A stretch of DNA of 28,555 nucleotides from positions 1 to 28,555 of the IMG/VR virus record IMGVR_UViG_3300032073_000172; one strand, written 5' to 3'. Shown piece by piece: positions 23,146 through 28,555 of the stretch; the first letter of the stretch is position 1; every line of letters starts with the position of its first letter. Source of the DNA: a virus. A program made the position numbers and the translations under genes. The notes under the pieces are model-generated. The model saw only the letters and a list, made by a program, of their open reading frames with translations, was not told the DNA's origin and ran no database searches.

Positions 23146-23388
23146 TTATTCTCCCTTGTTTAAGATTGTTCTAATTTTACTCGTAATATTAATTTTTTCA
23201 TTATTAGGTTCAAATAAAACCTCTGATAATTGTGGCTGTCTATCTTCATATTGTTTGAATCTGGCATTAATGTCATCTATCAGTTCTTGCATGGTATTAC
23301 CCATAGCATTAGTAAAGGCAAAACCTTCCTCAGTTTCATAAATGATTTCAGCGTGGTAATTAAAATCGTGATTAACATTCTTAATCAT
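23146..23388 (-). CDS. Hypothetical early protein, 80 aa, acidic
   Basis: ORF track. Its start overlaps the upstream ORF's stop (ATGATTAA). Confidence 0.6.
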   Translation of the reverse strand: MIKNVNHDFNYHAEIIYETEEGFAFTNAMGNTMQELIDDINARFKQYEDRQPQLSEVLFEPNNEKINITSKIRTILNKGE

Positions 23389-23461
23389 TTAATGACCTTA
23401 TTAATTTTTCTAATTGTTCCACTTCAATATCTTGATCTATTACATTCTTAGTTTGAATCAT
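23381..23461 (-). CDS. Short ORF of 26 aa from ATG 23461. The same frame is open back to ATG 23581, giving the 66-aa version in the track.
   Basis: ATG 23461 lies 1 nt after the stop of 23463..23927, so it tiles cleanly. The longer version has GGAG 10 nt upstream but overlaps the upstream gene by 119 nt. In that overlap its third-position G+C is about 19/40, against about 11/40 for the other frame. Confidence 0.35.
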   Translation of the reverse strand: MIQTKNVIDQDIEVEQLEKLIRSLND

Positions 23462-23462
23462 T

Positions 23463-23927
23463 TTAAGATACTTCTTCAAAATCATCATAAGCATCTGATA
23501 CTCTTGTTCTGTACACCCTATTGCTTTCTTGTTTCTTTTGGCAAAGGCTTTTAGGCTGTCTAATGTGCTGATTGACATCATGTTCTATTTTCTCCACTTG
23601 GTTATCTATTTCATCAAATAACTGCATTATCTGGATTTTATCTAAATCACCCATTTCACCAGATGCTAAAAATCTTATTATACCTAATCTGGATTTTACC
23701 AAATTAGAGAGAGAGTTAAGAGCAATAAAAACAGAATCTACTCCTGCGAAGTCCGTAGAATCTGAAAACAAAACAACGCTCTCAACCCCCTCATTACATA
23801 CCTCTTGATAGCCACTAATAGTTTTATCGAATGTTAAGTCTCTGCTAGAACACTCGATGACTGCATTTCGGTCATCACTATCTGCTAATCTATCACTAGT
23901 AAATAGATTCAGTATGTATTTTATCAT
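23463..23927 (-). CDS. Hypothetical early protein, 154 aa
   Basis: ORF track. AAGGAA RBS. Third-position composition favours this frame in the contested 23463-23581 stretch. Confidence 0.6.
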   Translation of the reverse strand: MIKYILNLFTSDRLADSDDRNAVIECSSRDLTFDKTISGYQEVCNEGVESVVLFSDSTDFAGVDSVFIALNSLSNLVKSRLGIIRFLASGEMGDLDKIQIMQLFDEIDNQVEKIEHDVNQHIRQPKSLCQKKQESNRVYRTRVSDAYDDFEEVS

Positions 23928-23937
23928 TTATAATTCC

Positions 23938-24363
23938 TTAATGTGATTCATTACCATGTATTGCCATGTGACAATTAAAACATATTATAATACATTTATT
24001 AATTTCAGCTAATATTTTTTTCCAACTATAATTCATCATATTAGATATATTAGCTACTTTATTATCATCCTTATGATGAAATGTTAATGCCCTAGTGTGA
24101 AAGTTATTACCATCTCTTTTGTAAGAGTAGCCACAGCTACAGCTAGAATCATGCTTATAATTATTAAGTCTCTTTCTGTTTTCCAACCTACCACTAGGTA
24201 AATATTTTTTATGAGTCCAAAAACACTCTCGGCATTTGTGGGTTAGATAAGGGTTACCATTTATATCTATTCCTTTTCTTTTACCACCACCACCAGATTT
24301 ATAAAAATATTCTTCTGTTTGAGGTTTAACTTCTTTACAGATTTTACATTGCCTAGTTTTCAT
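23938..24363 (-). CDS. HNH endonuclease
   Basis: LTFHHKDDNKVANISNMM...KCIIICFNCHMAIH gives the His-Asn-His core plus CxxC pairs (CKIC, CREC, CFNC). GGGGG RBS. Confidence 0.8.
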   Translation of the reverse strand: MKTRQCKICKEVKPQTEEYFYKSGGGGKRKGIDINGNPYLTHKCRECFWTHKKYLPSGRLENRKRLNNYKHDSSCSCGYSYKRDGNNFHTRALTFHHKDDNKVANISNMMNYSWKKILAEINKCIIICFNCHMAIHGNESH

Positions 24364-24373
24364 TTATAACCCC

Positions 24374-24517
24374 CTATAAATGTTGAAAGCCAACTTGTTG
24401 GCATTTCTCACCCATATTATCAGCACACTCTACGCAGGTATGACTACCATAAACAACACCAATATCTTTGGTGTGTTTCTTTTCACCACAAACATTGCAA
24501 TATAAATAAACAATCAT
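24374..24517 (-). CDS. 47-aa zinc-ribbon micro-ORF (not in ORF track)
   Basis: Hand translation, codon by codon, gives MIVYLYCNVCGEKKHTKDIGVVYGSHTCVECADNMGEKCQQVGFQHL (CxxC...CxxC). AAGGGAGG lies 8 nt upstream, inside the end of the preceding gene. It fills the 24364-24518 gap. Confidence 0.6.
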   Translation of the reverse strand: MIVYLYCNVCGEKKHTKDIGVVYGSHTCVECADNMGEKCQQVGFQHL

Positions 24518-24518
24518 A

Positions 24519-24749
24519 CTACCTACCTCCCTTAATTAAATAATTACAACTGCCTTCTTCTTCAATCCAAATGTCAATGTTATCATTCTTTAAATATGAT
24601 TTATAATTAAGATTCTTTTTAACATTTGAAAACACTTGATTTAAATCATTTACCATTTTTTTAATAGATTCATTTTTTTCTTCTATGCTATTATTGTTTT
24701 TGATTAATCGCATAGAATCAAGGTTATCTATCTCTATTATTAATTTCAT
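24519..24749 (-). CDS. Hypothetical early protein, 76 aa, Asn/Lys/Glu-rich
   Basis: ORF track. AAGGGGGG RBS embedded in the upstream gene's end. Confidence 0.6.
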   Translation of the reverse strand: MKLIIEIDNLDSMRLIKNNNSIEEKNESIKKMVNDLNQVFSNVKKNLNYKSYLKNDNIDIWIEEEGSCNYLIKGGR

Positions 24750-24750
24750 T

Positions 24751-24954
24751 CTACTTACCCCCCTTTACCCAATGACCACATTTTTGAAATCTTTTAGAAA
24801 GATTATTAAAAGGTTTTTGACCACCATAGGTTTTATTGTGACCATTAGAACACCTTGCTTTTTGTATATAATTACTAGTTTTTTCGCCCTTTAGATTTGT
24901 GGCTGTAATTACTCTTTGTTGACCAACTAAGGTTACTTTTTTATTACATTTCAT
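24751..24954 (-). CDS. First early gene, 67 aa from ATG 24954, Cys/His-containing. The track's 125-aa GTG-started version is probably over-extended.
   Basis: The track start (GTG 25128) lies inside the terminator U-tract, and a promoter-like element lies within the extension. The segment 25029-24955 has high third-position G+C (about 10/25). The shorter version reads MKCNKKVTLVGQQRVITATNLKGEKTSNYIQKARCSNGHNKTYGGQKPFNNLSKRFQKCGHWVKGGK. Confidence 0.45.
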   Translation of the reverse strand: MKCNKKVTLVGQQRVITATNLKGEKTSNYIQKARCSNGHNKTYGGQKPFNNLSKRFQKCGHWVKGGK

Positions 24955-25045
24955 TATTGTCTCATCTTTCTTTGTAGGCACAAGGGAAGTATTAGTAAGC
25001 GATGAGACTAACCGAAGGTTACTCCCCATATCTGTGCCAAGTTTT

Positions 25046-25074
25046 ATATTATTTGTTAATCTCATCAATGACAA
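25046..25074 (-). promoter_or_regulatory. Sigma70-like promoter TTGTCA-N17-TAATAT (candidate early promoter)
   Basis: On the minus strand TTGTCA is at 25074-25069, the spacer is exactly 17 nt, and TAATAT is at 25051-25046. It lies about 40 nt downstream of the late terminator. A weaker overlapping TTGCAC-N17-TATCTT lies at 25101-25073. Confidence 0.45.
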
Positions 25075-25111
25075 GATACCTATACCAATAATTAGGTGCA
25101 AGTAAATAAAT

Positions 25112-25167
25112 AAAAAAAAATAACCCACAATGTAGCGATAGACAGGATTCGTTACATCATGGGTTAT
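25112..25167 (-). terminator. Strong rho-independent terminator ending the late operon
   Basis: It is a two-tier hairpin. ATAACCCA (25120-25127) pairs with TGGGTTAT (25160-25167). ATGTAGCGA (25130-25138) pairs with TCGTTACAT (25149-25157), with one mismatch. The loop is 10 nt. On the minus strand a run of nine U (25120-25112) follows immediately. It starts 15 nt after the stop at 25183. Confidence 0.75.
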
Positions 25168-25182
25168 CGGTAGCGTAATATA

Positions 25183-25935
25183 TTAACTGAGTTGTTCTCT
25201 TAATTTTAAAGAGGCACTAAATCGTTGAAATGCTACTTCTGTGAATTTAATAGGTGAGTCTAAGCGTACATAATGATAACTAGAATCATCATAGTACACG
25301 AATTTTTTAAAATTGGTAACATCCTGTTCAAAGCTGACCAGATTGTTTTTAAATGTTTGTGATATATTACTAAAGTTTAGTTGCCATGTGGTCTTAGGTT
25401 CGTGTCTCTTATTAGCGTATTCTACTCCACCAAGCGATGTATTTAGGTCTGTAGCAAAGATTTCCTGTGTAGCTATACCTATGTCTGGCTGATTTTCAAA
25501 CGACAACACAGCACCTAATATTAATTCAGTTATATTATCTACTGCTCCGTTATCTGCTCTTACAAACCAATATTGTTTTGATTGTGATGAAAATGTTTCA
25601 ATATTCCAACCTGCATTTAAATCACCTTCAGATGCTGATGCGACTTCGGTTAATCCAGATGCAGATGCTGTAGAATAATAGAATTTTAATGATTGTGCAT
25701 CACTAGCAGACATATACCATGTAATAAAATCAACAGCTTTGCTAGATGTTAAACTAATTCTAATAGTATCTTCATCATCAAAACTTGTTACTGCCTGTGA
25801 TAATGAATGATCTATTATAAAATGCTCATTAGTTACTTCTACACCACTAGCGTTAAAATTACCACTACTATATGTACCTGCTGTAATAGTAGCATTTAAT
25901 AAATTAGATGAATCATAATAAAACTTTTTTGCCAT
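25183..25935 (-). CDS. Tail-tip/baseplate protein, 250 aa, last late gene
   Basis: ORF track. It abuts the upstream 762-aa gene (25936/25935) and is followed by the terminator. No motif recognised. Confidence 0.55.
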   Translation of the reverse strand: MAKKFYYDSSNLLNATITAGTYSSGNFNASGVEVTNEHFIIDHSLSQAVTSFDDEDTIRISLTSSKAVDFITWYMSASDAQSLKFYYSTASASGLTEVASASEGDLNAGWNIETFSSQSKQYWFVRADNGAVDNITELILGAVLSFENQPDIGIATQEIFATDLNTSLGGVEYANKRHEPKTTWQLNFSNISQTFKNNLVSFEQDVTNFKKFVYYDDSSYHYVRLDSPIKFTEVAFQRFSASLKLREQLS

Positions 25936-28224
25936 TTAAATTTCCCTTGCTGTAATTTTTAAAGTACCTACTGATCTTTGAGTAGATACCACCATAAAAA
26001 ACTTTCCACTCCAAGACTCACCAAACGGATCAATATTCATAGTATTAAAAGCAAGTATATCTCCAACATCTATACCCATATAAGTAGGATTAATTACCAT
26101 TGTATCTACGATTATTTTAGGTGTTCCAAGTATATGGTCATAATATCTATAGAAATCATCATTTTTATCTGATGCGTTTGCAGGTGCTGAAGATGGTTGT
26201 GATACATTAGCATCTAATTCTACCTTTTTAATATTTTCAGCACTAGCTATATTGTAATCACTTCTAGTTGATGAATTTGTAGCTGTAACACTACTTATAT
26301 ATCTTTTTTCAGCAGGATGTTTTTCATATTCTATTTCCATTTTGGATATAATATTAGAGAATGGTGTAACAGATAAATCAATATCAGTTATATCATCTTT
26401 TGTAAGTGTAAAATCTGCACTAGGTGAAGATGGTATAAATATATAAATAAATTCATTTTGTCCGTTAAACCTTGCAATAAAACCTCCTTCAAATTGTAAC
26501 TTTTCAAGGACTTTAATCAATGGCATGGGTTCTAACATCCAATATCTAATCTGCCAATCTCTTACACTATTTATATTAAGTCCACTACTCCAATTTGTAG
26601 GAGTGTTTGAATTTGTATAAGATGTATGTCTATGCAATAAATCACGATGTGCCTCGTGTATTTCTGTAATAGCACTATTACTATTCCACCCATTATCTGT
26701 AAGTCCATCATTAGCTACATATAAAATATCTTCTGGAGTTTCTGAGACTCTCTGAGTAATTAAATAAACATCATATATTCTTATTTCTGCTACTAATGTA
26801 GGTGGTGATCCACCACTTTCACTAGCTGAAAACCTTACTTTTAATCTTATACTATCTGTTCCATTTGTAATATTTCTAATTAATGTATTTGTTGAAACAT
26901 TACTTGTTTTAGTTAGTAATAAATTATCACCATCAGTTTTTGTTTCTATTTGAACAACATTATTACCAAAATTAACTGAAAATACTATCTGATATTTTAT
27001 AGCTACAGCGTTTAAAGTCTGATCATAGTAAACTATCTCATTATCATCATGTGATTCTTTCTTACTACCAAAACCTCTTCTAACTGTTAATCTATCTGAT
27101 GATACCTCTGTAACAGCCATTTCCTCATCATCTACTTTAATAACATGGTTTACAAGTATATCCTCATCATCATCTATATCTACACTTGTTTCAGAATTAT
27201 CTAAATCTTCATTTAATAAAACTACATCGCCATCTGCATCTTTTAAAGTAATATAATTTCTGTCTGATTTACCACTAGCTACACCAAAGCCTAAATCAAC
27301 TGTTCTTGTGGCACTTGTTTCCTGTGATAAAAATGAAACAGAATATGATGCGTAATTAGAATTATCAGTATCTATTGCCCTACTTTCATTTGATACTGTA
27401 ATTGTACTTCCTGTTGTTCCTACAAGTTCTATTGAGTCTGCTCTTTGTTGGAATGATCTAACTTGTAATAAATCAGTTTTATCATGGAAAGTACCATCCA
27501 CAGAAGAACTATTATTAGCCTCTGCATTTGCTAAAGGTACAAATACATCTACACCTTTTTCATATACAGCTAACTCTCCAGATGAGGTAGTAGAAACACC
27601 ATCTACATATAATGCTTTCTTTTTATCCATCTTATTAAATGGCACAGGTCTATATGCCTTAGATGTTAAAGCTGATTCAAACTGAGGTGATGCAAATGTA
27701 GATGCAGGATTTTCTGTATAATTACCATAACTAATAGGTACATAAATACCATTATCTGTAGTTTTAGCAGTTGGAACTGTTATGTTATCCCAGACTCTTT
27801 TAGCTACAATATTAATATTTACTTTATCTGCTTTATGTGATACATCTGTAAGCCTACCTGTATATACAAGTAAACAATTAGAAAGATTATCATCATCATC
27901 TGGCTGAATGTAAATCTTTACATCTCTATTTATATATTTTCTTGTACCACCAAATAATTCTGCTGATAAATCATCTTGATTATATTTAAAATTTGCAATA
28001 CTTAAAGATACATTAGATGTTTTAGCTGTGGAATCTTCTAAACTAATTGATTCTCTTATACTTGGTTTATTTGTTATAGCACCATGATAAAAGTTGCTAG
28101 ATACAGTTGTATCGTAGAATGATAAACCTAGAAAGCTACTACCACCATCATAATATAACTGAAATAACCAATTTTCTTTTATAATTGATTTAGTGGTAAA
28201 TGCTGATGGTAAATTTAAACTCAT
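25936..28224 (-). CDS. Large tail-tip protein, 762 aa (distal tail/hub-like)
   Basis: ORF track. Its ATG overlaps the tape measure stop (ATGA at 28224-28221). The N-terminal block ...FYHGAITNKPSIRESISLEDSTAKTSNVSLSIANF...RDVKIYIQ...LLVYTGRLTDVS resembles, from memory, N-terminal beta-sandwich modules of tail-tip proteins. Not verified. Confidence 0.55.
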   Translation of the reverse strand: MSLNLPSAFTTKSIIKENWLFQLYYDGGSSFLGLSFYDTTVSSNFYHGAITNKPSIRESISLEDSTAKTSNVSLSIANFKYNQDDLSAELFGGTRKYINRDVKIYIQPDDDDNLSNCLLVYTGRLTDVSHKADKVNINIVAKRVWDNITVPTAKTTDNGIYVPISYGNYTENPASTFASPQFESALTSKAYRPVPFNKMDKKKALYVDGVSTTSSGELAVYEKGVDVFVPLANAEANNSSSVDGTFHDKTDLLQVRSFQQRADSIELVGTTGSTITVSNESRAIDTDNSNYASYSVSFLSQETSATRTVDLGFGVASGKSDRNYITLKDADGDVVLLNEDLDNSETSVDIDDDEDILVNHVIKVDDEEMAVTEVSSDRLTVRRGFGSKKESHDDNEIVYYDQTLNAVAIKYQIVFSVNFGNNVVQIETKTDGDNLLLTKTSNVSTNTLIRNITNGTDSIRLKVRFSASESGGSPPTLVAEIRIYDVYLITQRVSETPEDILYVANDGLTDNGWNSNSAITEIHEAHRDLLHRHTSYTNSNTPTNWSSGLNINSVRDWQIRYWMLEPMPLIKVLEKLQFEGGFIARFNGQNEFIYIFIPSSPSADFTLTKDDITDIDLSVTPFSNIISKMEIEYEKHPAEKRYISSVTATNSSTRSDYNIASAENIKKVELDANVSQPSSAPANASDKNDDFYRYYDHILGTPKIIVDTMVINPTYMGIDVGDILAFNTMNIDPFGESWSGKFFMVVSTQRSVGTLKITAREI

Positions 28225-28555
28225 GCTAAATTTTGATTCCTTGCGTTAGATATTTCTGGAATTAATACATCTCTTACAAATTCTTCATTACCTATCATAT
28301 TACCTTGTACATTTATATTAATACCACTACCACCTGCCTGTCCACCTAAAGGTGTTACAGAAACCTGCTCTGGCTTATTATTCTCACCTGTTAAAAATAA
28401 AGTAGGCTTAGTAACAACTCCCTCAAATCCTGTTTCTGCTTTTACTGCACCCAAAGCACTATCTATTACACCACTTGCGATTGCTCCTGCTCCAGAGGCT
28501 AAAAGAACATTAAGAGGAAAGGGTACACTTTTTAATATACTAGATACTAAACCAA
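28221..28555 (-). CDS. Tape measure protein, C-terminal part (continuation of 1..1289 across the circular junction)
   Basis: The frame is open from the window end to TGA at 28223-28221 and is in the same phase as 1..1289 through the duplicated 127 bp. The track shows only the internal-Met fragment MGAVKAETGFEG... Confidence 0.8.
   Translation of the reverse strand, partial: GLVSSILKSVPFPLNVLLASGAGAIASGVIDSALGAVKAETGFEGVVTKPTLFLTGENNKPEQVSVTPLGGQAGGSGININVQGNMIGNEEFVRDVLIPEISNARNQNLA
28429..28555. repeat. Terminal overlap, copy B (identical to 1-127)
   Basis: Direct comparison with 1-127. Confidence 0.95.

Noticed and set aside
24955-25128. N-terminal 58 codons of the track's 125-aa ORF (GTG start at 25128, MGYFFLFIYLHLIIG...)
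   Set aside because: The GTG and the first codons are simply the terminator stem and U-tract read as Phe/Leu/Ile. The stretch contains the promoter-like TTGTCA-17-TAATAT. The segment before ATG 24954 has atypically high third-position G+C.
25112-25170. Possible tRNA or other small RNA in the structured non-coding segments (25112-25170 and 18830-18990)
   Set aside because: I tried to fit cloverleaf elements. There is no GTTCGAATC-type T-loop with matching T-stem, no acceptor-stem pairing and no anticodon arm. The structure is a simple extended hairpin plus U-run, which is a terminator. The second region contains only short DNA dyads.
1-28555. CRISPR arrays, integrase/excisionase/repressor genes, transposases, reverse transcriptase/DGR and rRNA genes
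   Set aside because: I looked for regularly spaced repeats, Tyr/Ser recombinase-sized ORFs with R..H..R..Y-type patterns, YxDD motifs and divergent repressor/Cro pairs. I found none. All ORFs of 140 aa or more are accounted for by the calls above.

Overview
The window appears to be a complete tailed-phage genome. Bases 1-127 are identical to 28429-28555, so the unique length is 28428 bp. The tape-measure ORF is intact only when the ends are joined. The sequence is visibly AT-rich and has no integrase, repressor, tRNA, rRNA, CRISPR array or IS element. Every credible gene is on the minus strand, so transcription runs from high to low coordinates. All family names come from motifs I recognise by eye; no database search was possible.

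Proposed layout in the direction of transcription:
- A sigma70-like promoter (25074->25046) sits directly after a strong intrinsic terminator (25167->25112).
- An early/replication operon runs 24954->19646. It holds small Zn-ribbon proteins, an HNH endonuclease, an SSB-like protein ending DEDVPF, a NinG-like protein, an overlapping PD-(D/E)XK nuclease and compact C5-methyltransferase pair, and a replication initiator with internal iterons.
- A regulator mini-operon runs 19515->19091. It encodes a 43-aa basic protein and a sigma-70 region-4-like HTH protein.
- A 289-bp palindrome-rich non-coding region follows.
- One long late operon runs 18801 through the junction to 25183. Its order is terS, terL, portal, Mu-F/gp7-like protein, scaffold and capsid. 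An ~8-kb accessory block follows, then neck genes, tail tube, a G/GT chaperone pair with an A8 -1 frameshift site, a 498-aa tape measure and two tail-tip proteins.

The most unusual content is the accessory block between the capsid and neck genes. It encodes:
- a 1271-aa multi-LamG/CBM lectin-like protein;
- a prepilin/GspG-like pseudopilin;
- a lipoprotein-like micro-ORF;
- three similar TM + coiled-coil proteins;
- two extremely basic proteins, one with an AT-hook;
- an M15 peptidase;
- a non-PPP metallophosphoesterase.

About a dozen ORFs under 60 aa are missing from the supplied track. They fill every gap between listed genes and are joined to their neighbours by TAATG or ATGA overlaps.
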